Below are positions 40,171 through 50,877 of a stretch of 64,000 nucleotides of DNA, one piece after another. This DNA is from a virus: IMG/VR virus record IMGVR_UViG_3300009152_000030, positions 96,001 through 160,000 of that record; one strand, 5' to 3'. The number at the start of each line of letters is the position of its first letter. Within the stretch, counting starts at the first letter, position 1. Made by a program: the position numbers and the translations under genes. The notes below the pieces were generated by a model. The model ran no database searches and was not told the origin of the DNA. It saw only the letters and a list, made by a program, of their open reading frames with translations.

Positions 40171-42771
40171 ATGATAAAGAAAATCAAAAACAAACTATAT
40201 GATATTGAGTCAAAAGTAAGTGGAAACTTCATTGTCCCAATTGAGATAAGTGCTCCAGGCGATACCTTAGCTATTCCAACTGTCCTTAGGCATAGTACTC
40301 TTATTAAAGGTAACACTTCGGATCCTATTACTTCAGTAAATGCGGAGATGCAATCTTTAGAGTTATGCTATGCTGACTTACTGCGACTTTCTACTATTTT
40401 TTATAATAGTAGAGAATATCAGTTAAAAAATTTAAAGCAAAGATATGATCTTCTTAGATTAAGAAAGCAAGGACTGACTAGTCTAGGTCTAGGAGTAAAG
40501 ACTAGTGCTATACAGCTAAATGATAAAAAGTTATTAGTGGCAAGTAATACCTATGAGTTTGTTAATTCTGGAATTACTGGAAAGCCAACAAAAATAGAAC
40601 TAGTTACTCCTAAAACTTTTGGGATTAGCACAGACTCAAACATTATTGTTGGAGATTCACGAAATAAAATTTTAAATTCTTTAGCTGATAGTATTTTTAG
40701 TTCAGATCAAAATGATTTATTCTCAGTACATCGGCGAGATGGAACAGATCTAAGTCTCATTATGTTTTTTGAATTCAAAAAAAAGAAAGAAATTATTAAT
40801 GAGTTAATGATTAAGCTTATTGAAAAGCGCGGTCAAGAAGTTAAAATAGCTCTTTACGATATTGAAAGCCAAGAGTTAGTTTACTCTGGTCTATATAGTC
40901 CTGAGCCTATTCTGTTTGAAAAGCCAGTCAAAACATCTGGCTTAGAAATGGTTATTACATCTACTGGTATCCAAGGAAACCAACTAGATATTATTGAAAT
41001 AGTATTCTATAGAAAGACATTCAGAAATTCTTTGGGCAATGGTACTTACGGATTAAAAGCTACTACAGTAAATATGCCGTCATTCTCAGGCAAATATCTT
41101 ACACTTGAAGATATAACCCTGCAATATCCTTCTCACAAGTCTCTTCTTGATTTTGAAGTTAAATCTAATAACGAAAAATTATTTGCCTTAAGAGATGAAG
41201 AGCAACTAAGTGGACCATATATTGATCCTAACTTTGAATTTACTTGCACTTTAAAAGACCCTAATACACTCTTAGAGTACCTAGGAGATCTTGAGTATGA
41301 GAAGTGTAGGATAGACCAAATCAACGACTCTTATAAGCTTTTTTCATCTATAATGACTGAAGATTCATATAAGATCACAAGAAATATTCCTGGGAATGAA
41401 GACGAAAATTTAGTTTTACTTCCATTAAATATTAAAAATTTTGAAAGTTTTTTTATTGTCAAGGTTAATGGTGAAAGGTATTCGCAAATAGCAGAGTCTG
41501 ACACCTATGATGGAAGAACTTATAAAGTTGTCTTCACTGGAGATGGTTATATTTTTAAGTTTAAAAGTGTTGTTCAAAACTCTGAAATACTTATCAATGT
41601 CAATGGGTGTCCATCTTATGTTGAAAAAGTAGAAAATGATTATAAAATAGTTTTTCCATGGCTAGGCCTTGGAACAACAGTAGCTTTCCATTATCCTACT
41701 AGCCAAGTTTCAACTTCAAAAGTTATTGATACTAGTTCATCAGTCATGAACTTGGACTGTAAAAGTATTGTTAGATTATCAATTGATAATTCGGCTTTTA
41801 CAGAAAAACCCTTAGGGGCTGTTCTAGGAACAAACAATTATTCAGTTGATTATGCAAATGGATTCTTGTACAGAGGAACAGATATTAGTGGAAGAGTTTC
41901 AATTGTTCACTTTAACAGTAAAATGCATTCAACAAAAATATTGCATGATACTTACTCAGTAAAGATTCCAAACATAGAACAAAGTGAAAGACGTGATAAC
42001 TCCGGTATCTCTATAATCAATGTTAATAGTAGCATTGCCAATTTGAATAAAGTGAATTTTTTTAGCTATCACAAAGACAACGTATTAAAAGTTAATGTAA
42101 ATAATGAGTTGAATTACATTCAAATCCCATCTGCATTGTCTTTAGTTAGGGGCTCTATTGTTCTAACTAATAGTACGACTTCAAAAAAAGAAATGCTATT
42201 CTATAATGGTATTGATGAATTAAATGATGAAAGTAAGGTTTTTGTTTATTATGACTATGTCGGACTAACAAATTCTTTACATGAATATAAAATAAGACAC
42301 TACTCTAGGATTCCAGGGAATTTGTCCTCTTTAAAAATAGAAGTTCAAGATGTATATTTTTCGAATAGAAAGGGACTTAGAAGTCAAATTTCAAACGAAG
42401 GAGATTACTATTTTGAAAGTGAGACAGCAACCGAACTTGTAGGAAGATCTCTCTTTATAAAGTTAGACCAAAAGCCACCTTCTAGTATTCCAGTAACAAT
42501 TACTACCACTGAAGTAGATAATACTTTTAGTGTAGACTATTTACGTAATAGAATCTATATGAATAACCTTGGTACATTTACTGGAAATGTGAAGTTTTCT
42601 TATACAAGTTTATTATTAAAAGACTTTGAAGTTGCAATAGAGGTTAACAAAAAAGAAATCTGGGCTCCAAATGAATATGGAGTTATTGCCTCAAACCAAA
42701 AAGATTTAAGTGAACTTTTACCTTACTTTAGTCCAGTAGTAAAGTCTTTTTCTATAGGAATCATTGGCTAA
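40171..42771 (+). CDS. Virion structural protein
   Basis: N-terminal coiled coil; YSVDYANG / FSVDYLRN repeats; operon position. Confidence 0.4.
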   Translation: MIKKIKNKLYDIESKVSGNFIVPIEISAPGDTLAIPTVLRHSTLIKGNTSDPITSVNAEMQSLELCYADLLRLSTIFYNSREYQLKNLKQRYDLLRLRKQGLTSLGLGVKTSAIQLNDKKLLVASNTYEFVNSGITGKPTKIELVTPKTFGISTDSNIIVGDSRNKILNSLADSIFSSDQNDLFSVHRRDGTDLSLIMFFEFKKKKEIINELMIKLIEKRGQEVKIALYDIESQELVYSGLYSPEPILFEKPVKTSGLEMVITSTGIQGNQLDIIEIVFYRKTFRNSLGNGTYGLKATTVNMPSFSGKYLTLEDITLQYPSHKSLLDFEVKSNNEKLFALRDEEQLSGPYIDPNFEFTCTLKDPNTLLEYLGDLEYEKCRIDQINDSYKLFSSIMTEDSYKITRNIPGNEDENLVLLPLNIKNFESFFIVKVNGERYSQIAESDTYDGRTYKVVFTGDGYIFKFKSVVQNSEILINVNGCPSYVEKVENDYKIVFPWLGLGTTVAFHYPTSQVSTSKVIDTSSSVMNLDCKSIVRLSIDNSAFTEKPLGAVLGTNNYSVDYANGFLYRGTDISGRVSIVHFNSKMHSTKILHDTYSVKIPNIEQSERRDNSGISIINVNSSIANLNKVNFFSYHKDNVLKVNVNNELNYIQIPSALSLVRGSIVLTNSTTSKKEMLFYNGIDELNDESKVFVYYDYVGLTNSLHEYKIRHYSRIPGNLSSLKIEVQDVYFSNRKGLRSQISNEGDYYFESETATELVGRSLFIKLDQKPPSSIPVTITTTEVDNTFSVDYLRNRIYMNNLGTFTGNVKFSYTSLLLKDFEVAIEVNKKEIWAPNEYGVIASNQKDLSELLPYFSPVVKSFSIGIIG

Positions 42772-44933
42772 TGAATATAACATTTGAAAATAAACTCTTT
42801 CATGGAAAAATAGAAGACTCATTAACAGAGTCACTTATTCCTGTTGATAAAAATCTGTTCAATAATCCTTCTGTTCTGTCAGGAAAAATAACAGAACTAA
42901 GACAAAGAAGTGATCAGTTACAAGATCTAATTTACAGAAAGGCTATTGGTTTAGAGAGACAAATAATTGATTGGAATCTTGCATATCCTAAAATGCTTGT
43001 ACAGCTAGAGGAATATGAGAAACATATCAATGACCAGTTATTTCTTAGAAGCGACAGCGATGGTTTCTTTAAAGTAATAGGAGACAATTTTAGTACATCT
43101 TCTAAGTTTGATCAGGCTTTAAGTAGCCAAGTTGTACTTGATGAGGCTTTACATAGCGTATCCCTAGAACACTCTATGGAACCTGCAAAGTTAACTTTAC
43201 CAGCAGGCGCGTATTCAATTAATATGTATATGGCTCCAGGTTCTGGGAATGACAGAATTGTTCCAGTGTATGGAAGTAACTTAAATAATCTTTTTGCAAG
43301 TAGTATGTCCAGTTGGACTGGGCAAGTCATTACAGATGAACCAAAAAAGGTTTCTGTAATTCTTGAAATTGTTTTTCCGGAAACAAGAGAGGTTGGTGAA
43401 TTAGCAATATCAGTTGTTGATTCTTCATTAAGTGGGTCTATAGACGCAATATCAATAGACAGTGAAAACGTTGCAACGCCAATTGTTCAAGGACAAGCTA
43501 TTACTAACACTAACACAGTCCTAGTAAATAGAGCAGTAAAGAAAATTAATATACAAATTACAAAATCTAATTACGATGAGAAATATGATAGTGGAAAATA
43601 TAGATATATTTTTCATATCAAACGACTTGCTATAAAAGTCTCTACAGATGGATATGAAATAGAAGGTAAATTCAGATCTGTTGGAGAAAGTGTACAAGCG
43701 TCTAAGTTTGCAATAGAAGTTTGTGACTTTGAAGATGATGAGACAGCAATTCATTATTATATTGTTGCCAAAAATCTTTCTGGACTTACTAATGGTGGCT
43801 ATGCCGTTCCAGTTGGAAGTAGCTCTGGACTAAATGCAATCTTAGCATTTAACTATTCAAGTCTCCCAATTGCTAATCCAGGCGATGAGACAGGCTATTA
43901 TGCTGATGTACTTCCCTATCTTACAATTGAAACTGGTGGCGAAAATTATGAAGTTAATGATCTTCTTATGTTTCGTGGAGACAATCTTGGCGGTCAATCT
44001 CCTGGCAATGATCTCTACATTAGAGTTACAGATGTAAGTGAGTCTGGTAGCCTTGTTAGTTTTGATGTTATAAGTGGAACCTATTTTCTAGGTCAGGTTG
44101 CTGAGATCACTCCGCTTAACAAGCCTCCTGGTTCGGCCCCTTACTTCTTCAGTCTAAATGAGAACAATATAACAAATAATTATATTGTTCCTAATGCACT
44201 AGACACTACTAAAGCTAGTTCAGAAATACTAACATCACTTGGGTCTTATGGATTTTTGCAAGAGTACAACTATCACTATGTAAATCAAGTCCTAAGCCCA
44301 ACTATAAATTCTCTTGATTCCATTAATCTTTTTGGTAATTACGTTTCAAAAAACTCAGTAGAAGATTTACTTGAGTCTAAGGACGGATATTATATGACTT
44401 GGGTATATGCTGATGGAACAATAAATTCTGAGATAAATGTGGGAGATTCTGGAGTTATATTTGAGGGATTAGTTCCTACTAACAAAGTATATAGGTTTAC
44501 CAAAAATGGGTGGTACAAAGTTAAGATTCCTATCACGTCATATACAGATGTGGGAAATATTTTTTCGGATAACGAAAATTTAAGAAATCTAGATACTAAA
44601 TATCCATATAATGGAAAATATCTAATAGAAGGAACTAATCTTAATCTTGATCCTTATAAAGGGTTTAAAATAAGAGCAAAGAAAAAGTTTACTCGTTGCC
44701 ATAGTTTAGCAAATCTTGGGAAAGAAAACTTTTATCTTATGGCATTTAATCCAAGTCAATACATTTTAGTATTACATAATCAAGTAGATATAAAAGACGC
44801 TTATGTTGAATTCCCTAGACAAACTGGTTTTGCAACACAAAGCAAAGAAGTGTCTTTGATTGCTAAATTTAAAACAACAAACACATCAAAAACACCTATC
44901 TTAGGTAGTTATAAAATAAAGTTAGGAGAATAG
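42771..44933 (+). CDS. Virion structural protein with inserted Gly-rich beta-module
   Basis: N-terminal coiled coil; C-terminal TPILGSYKIK; insertion-like segment at ~43773-44090. Confidence 0.45.
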   Translation: MNITFENKLFHGKIEDSLTESLIPVDKNLFNNPSVLSGKITELRQRSDQLQDLIYRKAIGLERQIIDWNLAYPKMLVQLEEYEKHINDQLFLRSDSDGFFKVIGDNFSTSSKFDQALSSQVVLDEALHSVSLEHSMEPAKLTLPAGAYSINMYMAPGSGNDRIVPVYGSNLNNLFASSMSSWTGQVITDEPKKVSVILEIVFPETREVGELAISVVDSSLSGSIDAISIDSENVATPIVQGQAITNTNTVLVNRAVKKINIQITKSNYDEKYDSGKYRYIFHIKRLAIKVSTDGYEIEGKFRSVGESVQASKFAIEVCDFEDDETAIHYYIVAKNLSGLTNGGYAVPVGSSSGLNAILAFNYSSLPIANPGDETGYYADVLPYLTIETGGENYEVNDLLMFRGDNLGGQSPGNDLYIRVTDVSESGSLVSFDVISGTYFLGQVAEITPLNKPPGSAPYFFSLNENNITNNYIVPNALDTTKASSEILTSLGSYGFLQEYNYHYVNQVLSPTINSLDSINLFGNYVSKNSVEDLLESKDGYYMTWVYADGTINSEINVGDSGVIFEGLVPTNKVYRFTKNGWYKVKIPITSYTDVGNIFSDNENLRNLDTKYPYNGKYLIEGTNLNLDPYKGFKIRAKKKFTRCHSLANLGKENFYLMAFNPSQYILVLHNQVDIKDAYVEFPRQTGFATQSKEVSLIAKFKTTNTSKTPILGSYKIKLGE

Positions 44934-44934
44934 T

Positions 44935-46695
44935 ATGGCGCAGATAACTCCAGTAGGAACAGTTGATGTCGGTATTTTTATAAATCCAAATACTTTTACT
45001 CGTCAGATTGCCAAGTCTTATGAAATTGTTGGTAACAGAATAAACTTACTTTCAACTATTTTTACCTCTGGGCAAAGATCGCCAGTTCGCGTGTCAGATA
45101 CTAGATGGACATTCAATATACCTTCTAATTTGAGTGCAAATGGCAGTATAAACGATAGCGCTAACGGACTAGATGGTACTACTATCTACACCTATGCCGG
45201 TGCTGATTACCTACTAAAGAATCCATTATTTTTAGTGACTAACAATCTAGTTACGACAGAGGTAAGACCAGCTACTATATATGAGTCTTTCCTAAAGATG
45301 ATGGAATATATAGATACACAAATAGCTACTAGATACCAGGCTGTTCTTAGCGCAACTAATACTGGCGGCGGCACTGCTGGCAATGCAGATACTGGACTGA
45401 TTACATTTGATAATGTAAGAATTATTGGTGCAGGAACAGCCAGTGGTGACCTTAGTGGCTATGGTACGATAGAACTTGTCCCAGATCTTAATCGATATAT
45501 TCATGAACAATATTTAGTTATTGATCCTACTACTGGTGGACATATTCATATTCGTGCTGGAGGAGATCAAGATGCATCAAACAGTGTACTATTCTTAGGG
45601 GCAGAAAATACTCATGTTCGGGTATCAAACAATGATAGCGAACTAGGTGATGTAAGAGACAATACAGTTTCTATTCGGACATATAATGCTACAGATGAAC
45701 TGTCTTATGACTGGGTCTTTAATAACGATGGAAGAATTTCTCTTCCTACAAAAGAAATTACTGGATATCAATACAATTACATACTGGAAGGAAATACGCT
45801 ACAATTAGGTACCCCTAATGTTGAAACTGTTATTACGGGACCAGCTGCAAATAGTACCTATCCTAACGCATCGCGTCTTGTCATACAAGGACAGCAAGGA
45901 TATGGAACCGGCGAGGGCGGCGATATTTATATTTGGGGAGGTTGCGGTGATAATGAAGGACTTCCAGATCCTGGAACGTTAGGAGCTCCCGGCGGTAATG
46001 TAAAGGTACGAGGTGGTTACTCTTATGGAACTGCAGATGCTGGATATGTTAATATCCAAGGAGGCTTTCCTATTGGCAGTGGTGATGGTGGATATATTAA
46101 TCTTCATGCCGGTGAGGCTAGTTCGGGATATGGTGGAAATATTTCTATTAAGGCCGGGCTTGCGTTATCTGGCACTGGAGGAGATGTAAGAATTGAAGCA
46201 GGAAGCGGGGATACTTCAGATGGTTCTGTATATATAAAAACAAGCAATATTGGTGTTGGTACTAGCGAATGGCAATTTGATGATAGTGGAAATATAATTT
46301 TACCTGCTGGTGGAGATATTTTAAACAGTGAAGGTAATTCAGTATTAAGTCCTGGAGTAGAAACTGTTTACGCTGAAACACTTGACACAGCAAGTGGACC
46401 TTATACTCTTGCATCAAAATTAGTCTCAACCTTAAGTAAATATACCCATTTAATAGATGCAGATGGAGCAGTACAAATTACACTACCAGATGATATGACA
46501 ACTCCTATTGAGTATACTATTGTAGATATAAGTGGCACCGCTGGAACTAATACAATATCAGTATATCCTGCTTCAGGCCATTCAGTTATCAGTGCACCGG
46601 CTTATCCACCTTTAATAATAAATACGAATTACGGAGTAACTAGTTTTAAATGGATACCCGATTTAACTTCTTGGATCATACTTTACGGGAGATAA
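44935..46695 (+). CDS. Tail fibre protein
   Basis: GG-x-V-x-I-x-GG repeats; C-terminal ITLP..IVDISGTAGTNTISV fibre-type domain; modules shared with the next gene. Confidence 0.65.
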   Translation: MAQITPVGTVDVGIFINPNTFTRQIAKSYEIVGNRINLLSTIFTSGQRSPVRVSDTRWTFNIPSNLSANGSINDSANGLDGTTIYTYAGADYLLKNPLFLVTNNLVTTEVRPATIYESFLKMMEYIDTQIATRYQAVLSATNTGGGTAGNADTGLITFDNVRIIGAGTASGDLSGYGTIELVPDLNRYIHEQYLVIDPTTGGHIHIRAGGDQDASNSVLFLGAENTHVRVSNNDSELGDVRDNTVSIRTYNATDELSYDWVFNNDGRISLPTKEITGYQYNYILEGNTLQLGTPNVETVITGPAANSTYPNASRLVIQGQQGYGTGEGGDIYIWGGCGDNEGLPDPGTLGAPGGNVKVRGGYSYGTADAGYVNIQGGFPIGSGDGGYINLHAGEASSGYGGNISIKAGLALSGTGGDVRIEAGSGDTSDGSVYIKTSNIGVGTSEWQFDDSGNIILPAGGDILNSEGNSVLSPGVETVYAETLDTASGPYTLASKLVSTLSKYTHLIDADGAVQITLPDDMTTPIEYTIVDISGTAGTNTISVYPASGHSVISAPAYPPLIINTNYGVTSFKWIPDLTSWIILYGR

Positions 46696-46696
46696 A

Positions 46697-49294
46697 ATGG
46701 CCAGCATACCTACTTTACGCACATCTGACTTAAATATAAAATACTTTGACTTTGTTGTTAGAGCTGATGGAAAAGGAACTCACCAAACCATTGTGGACGC
46801 AATGGAAGCTGCTAGTCTTTTGCCAGGGCAACAATGTGTTTTTGTTAGTCCAGGGGTATATAATGAGGATCTGTTCCTATACTCAAATGTTTCACTTTTA
46901 AGTTTAGGCGTACCAGCTACTAGGGTACTAGAAGAGGGATCTGTTTTAGAAACTGGAGCTCCATTGGATGGAGCAATCCCTGATCTAGCAGAGCCCATCA
47001 TAAGAGGAAATCATACTATTTTCTATAGTGTTGACGAAGTTGGAGATGTTGTTCGTTCTCATTCTGTTGTTTATGATTCTATAAGATTTGAGTCAGCAAA
47101 TACAGATAAGCCAATAATTAATCTTCATAATACTTCACAAACTGTAAATAGTATTATTTATAATTCGGTTATTGAGTTTAAAGATTGTACTATTTCACAA
47201 ATTGAAATAGGTGCTCCTACTAGTATGCAAGCTATAGCATGTCCTCCAGAAAATATGTTTAGTCGTCTTAGCTTAAGTCTTAATAATTGTACTTTTATAC
47301 TTAGCACTAATGAATGTTTTCTTTTTAGCTCAAACACAACAGACCCTGAAGGTGTTGCAGGTAATATTTTTAATTTTGAAGATTGTAAATGTTTTAATAT
47401 TCAAGATCTAGTAGCAAACTTTCCTTATATGCAGATTAATGGCTGCAATGTTTGGGTTAAAGACTCTCATCTAGGTTATTTGTCTTATTGCTTTAATAGT
47501 GAAGATCAAAGTTGTTCTTTTGTAGGATACAATTCTATTCTATTAACAGCTAATCAATATATTTTTATTGAATCAGCGGTAGAAGGCGCAACTGGTGCGT
47601 CATCAATCAATTTAAATAAATGCCAATTATCCACAAATAGCCCCCCTGAAGGTCCTATTAAGGAATACTTCTATGGTGATTATAATGTTATGGAAGCCAA
47701 TCTAACAGATTGTACTTTAATAGATAGACCTACCAGTTTAGTTTCAGGTCTTGTTTCTGTAAGTATTACTAATACACTAAGTACAAGTATGGCTTATACT
47801 GGGGACATAACCTTTGATGGTGTTAAGATAAAAGGAGCTTTAGGCGGAAGTGGTGACGGACTTGGCGCAGACACTATAGAATTAGTTCCTGATGTCGATC
47901 TGTATGCTGCTCATCAGTATTTAGTTATTGATCCTACTGGTCCAGATCATATACATATTAGAGCTGGCGGACCTCAAGATAATAGTGATGCTACACTTAT
48001 TCTTGGAGGAGAAAGAACAGCAGTACAGGTAAGTGATGAAACTGGTAATGTATATATTATCTCGAAGAATCCAGATCAGTTGAGAAATCTCGGAAATTCC
48101 GGCACAGGTAATGAACAATTTATTCATTCAACTGCTATTGATCCTCCTATTGATATTGTTGTTGGTGATACTGTGCAATTATATCCAGACGGAGATCTTT
48201 TTACAGTAACAGAAGTTACTGAGGGTGAAAGCTCAATAACGGTTGTTGCTGACGGGCTAACTTTTATGTCTGGATACGAATATATCTTTCATAGAAATCA
48301 AGGAGAAAATGTTTGGACCTTTAATAATGATGGCAGAATCTCTCTTCCTACAAAGACTATGCCTGGGTATTACGCTGGTTATACGTTATCAGGAAGTACT
48401 TTGCAATTAGGCGCGGCTGGAAGTGAAACCATTATTACTGGTCCAACTCCTAATAGTGTAACTCCAAATGCTGAACGTTTTATAATTCAAGGCCAACAAG
48501 GTTACGCACAAGGTGAAGGTGGAGATGTTTATCTTTGGGCAGGCTGTGGTAATGATGATCTTGCAGATCCCCTAACAGAAGCAGGCCCTGGCGGTGACGC
48601 GAAGGTTCGAGGTGGCTATTCATATGGTATTGCAGATGCAGGATATGTGAATATTGAAGGTGGTTGGGCTCAGGGAAGTGGAGCTGGAGGACATATCAAT
48701 ATTGAAGGTGGCCGTGCCCAAGGAGTTGGAGCTGGTGGATATGTTAATATTAAAGGAGGTTACGCAAATTCAACCGGTGACGGTGGTAAAGTCTGGATTA
48801 AAGGTGCAAATTCAAACAGCGGTATAGGCGGAGACGTAGAACTTGAAGCTGGTACTGGAGCCACAGCCGGAGCCATTAAGATTACAAATGGTGACTATAC
48901 TTGGAATTTTGATAATAATAAAAAATTAAACTTTCCGGGTTCTCAAAACTCCCAGTCCTTTAACAAGGCAAATGGTAGCCTTGTAATAGGTGACACTGAA
49001 ACAGGAGTAGCCTGGACAGGTAATGAATATATATCTACGGCAAAAGTAATTCTTCAAGCAGAATACGATAATGGAAGTTCTTGGAGAACACATAGCTGTG
49101 AAGTATTGGTAATCAGAAAAAAACTTAGTGATACTGTTAATCACATAGTATATGGAGCCGTATATACTGATGACCCATTATTTACATTGTCTACTACTGT
49201 TGTAGACGGAATGACTATTTTATCAATAGCTAATCTAGATGGTGGGTATTTACATGTTTCTACATTTGTTACTGAAATTGGCACCTGCAGTTAG
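46697..49294 (+). CDS. Tail fibre/tailspike with N-terminal pectinesterase-like right-handed beta-helix
   Basis: FVVRADGKGTHQTIVDAMEAA..VFVSPGVYNEDL opening motif, Cys-containing beta-helix-like repeats, then fibre modules shared with 44935-46695. Confidence 0.65.
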   Translation: MASIPTLRTSDLNIKYFDFVVRADGKGTHQTIVDAMEAASLLPGQQCVFVSPGVYNEDLFLYSNVSLLSLGVPATRVLEEGSVLETGAPLDGAIPDLAEPIIRGNHTIFYSVDEVGDVVRSHSVVYDSIRFESANTDKPIINLHNTSQTVNSIIYNSVIEFKDCTISQIEIGAPTSMQAIACPPENMFSRLSLSLNNCTFILSTNECFLFSSNTTDPEGVAGNIFNFEDCKCFNIQDLVANFPYMQINGCNVWVKDSHLGYLSYCFNSEDQSCSFVGYNSILLTANQYIFIESAVEGATGASSINLNKCQLSTNSPPEGPIKEYFYGDYNVMEANLTDCTLIDRPTSLVSGLVSVSITNTLSTSMAYTGDITFDGVKIKGALGGSGDGLGADTIELVPDVDLYAAHQYLVIDPTGPDHIHIRAGGPQDNSDATLILGGERTAVQVSDETGNVYIISKNPDQLRNLGNSGTGNEQFIHSTAIDPPIDIVVGDTVQLYPDGDLFTVTEVTEGESSITVVADGLTFMSGYEYIFHRNQGENVWTFNNDGRISLPTKTMPGYYAGYTLSGSTLQLGAAGSETIITGPTPNSVTPNAERFIIQGQQGYAQGEGGDVYLWAGCGNDDLADPLTEAGPGGDAKVRGGYSYGIADAGYVNIEGGWAQGSGAGGHINIEGGRAQGVGAGGYVNIKGGYANSTGDGGKVWIKGANSNSGIGGDVELEAGTGATAGAIKITNGDYTWNFDNNKKLNFPGSQNSQSFNKANGSLVIGDTETGVAWTGNEYISTAKVILQAEYDNGSSWRTHSCEVLVIRKKLSDTVNHIVYGAVYTDDPLFTLSTTVVDGMTILSIANLDGGYLHVSTFVTEIGTCS

Positions 49295-49302
49295 GAGGAA
49301 TT

Positions 49303-50865
49303 ATGAGCACTAAACCATTTACAGTTTCAGATCATAACAGCAATAGTATTGTTACTATTTATGGTTATAGTGCAACACAGTTTGTTGTTGGAGTAGCAGG
49401 AAAAGCGCCCTATACAAGTATACAAACAGCCATTAATGATGCATATACATTAGCTAGTAGTAGTGATAGTGCACAAGTAGTTTATGTAAAGCCAGGCTTA
49501 TATTTAGAAAACTTAAGTTTTAAACCTGGTGTAGCTGTAGTTGGTACTGAAGTACCTAGTACACTGGATAATGTCTCATACGATCCAACAGATGTTTCTC
49601 AAAATTATGGAGTATTTATAAAAGGAACACATACTTTTGACGAAAGTCTGGGAGAGTTTAATGTTAAAAACATAATATTCTTTTGTGAGCGAACTGAAGG
49701 TGATATCATTAACTTTACTGGAAGTACTTATATTACAAGTACTTATACTTTTGAGAACTGCAAATTTATTTTTATAAATCCTTCAATAGATAGTGCTAAG
49801 TTTTTTAACTGCACTAGTTCAAATGCTGCTTACGAAGGTCTTGCTGTTTTCTTTAAAAGTTGTCTTTTTTATGCCAAAGATGGCTATGGAGATGATGACT
49901 ATTGTATGTTTTATTTGCTAGGAGCAAATGGAACTAAATATACTTTTGATAATTGCACAATCAAAAGCACATGGGATAGTACAGGTAGGATTGCATACTT
50001 ATATGCTATAGAGGCAGGATCGGGAGATGCTTGGTACGTTAATTTTTCTGACTGTAAAATAGATAAAGTGCAATTAATAATACAGGGTGGAACTAGTGAA
50101 ATTATTCTATCTATAGATAATTGCAATCTTACTAGTTATGACACACCAGTAATTAATTTTGGCGATTCCAGTTATATGTGTAAAGTTATTAATTCGTATA
50201 TCTATATCTCAGAGGCAGTTGGCTATGCAATAGCAGGAGATTTTACGGACATACTTGATTTAACAGGAACAATCTTTGCAAGTCAACACTCTAGTGCGCC
50301 AAAAACTTGGCTTGCTAATATAGCTCACTGGCCCAATATTACTAATAGCTCAATAGTATCTTCTGGTCCTGTTTACTGTGTTTACACTGATAATCAAAAT
50401 CAAGTAGCAGCAGCAGCAAACACAGCATATCCTATGCGTTTTAATACATTAGAAGAAGGATATGGAATTACTGTTGTAAATGATAGTCAAAGTCCACCAC
50501 AACCCACTAAGATTACTTTTGAGTATCCTGGAGTATATAATCTTCAATTCTCAGCTCAACTTGATAGAGTCTCAGGTTCTGGTAATGCAGATGTGAATAT
50601 TTGGCTTAGAAAAAATGGCACGACTGGAGCTGCAAATGTTGCTAATACTGATACTAAAATTACTATGTCTGGCGGTGCATCTGCGGCTAAGACAGTAGCA
50701 GCTTGGAACCTTATGTTTACTGCTGTTGCAGGAGACTATGTGCAGCTATGTTGGGCGACTGAAGATATACATATAGAAATAATACATGCAGATGCGGTGA
50801 CAACTGCCGGTCAGGAACGTCCTGCTACACCAAGTGTTATATTAACTGTATACAAAATAAAGTAA
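49303..50865 (+). CDS. Tailspike-like protein: beta-helix plus C-terminal C1q/TNF-like domain
   Basis: FVVGVAGKAPYTSIQTAINDA..VYVKPGLYLENL; F-x-N-C repeats; C-terminal PGVYNLQFSAQL..IWLRKNG..GDYVQL..PSVILTV; GGAGG RBS. Confidence 0.65.
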   Translation: MSTKPFTVSDHNSNSIVTIYGYSATQFVVGVAGKAPYTSIQTAINDAYTLASSSDSAQVVYVKPGLYLENLSFKPGVAVVGTEVPSTLDNVSYDPTDVSQNYGVFIKGTHTFDESLGEFNVKNIIFFCERTEGDIINFTGSTYITSTYTFENCKFIFINPSIDSAKFFNCTSSNAAYEGLAVFFKSCLFYAKDGYGDDDYCMFYLLGANGTKYTFDNCTIKSTWDSTGRIAYLYAIEAGSGDAWYVNFSDCKIDKVQLIIQGGTSEIILSIDNCNLTSYDTPVINFGDSSYMCKVINSYIYISEAVGYAIAGDFTDILDLTGTIFASQHSSAPKTWLANIAHWPNITNSSIVSSGPVYCVYTDNQNQVAAAANTAYPMRFNTLEEGYGITVVNDSQSPPQPTKITFEYPGVYNLQFSAQLDRVSGSGNADVNIWLRKNGTTGAANVANTDTKITMSGGASAAKTVAAWNLMFTAVAGDYVQLCWATEDIHIEIIHADAVTTAGQERPATPSVILTVYKIK

Positions 50866-50877
50866 GGGGTACTTAAG

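Noticed and set aside
719-50126. Numerous 60-140-aa antisense or alternate-frame ORFs within the structural genes
   Set aside because: All are nested in long, tightly coupled + strand ORFs and lack recognisable motifs or initiation signals.
44935-50865. Diversity-generating retroelement or invertible shufflon acting on the fibre genes
   Set aside because: No reverse transcriptase or invertase in the window; repeats are direct, and the differences are not adenine-specific.
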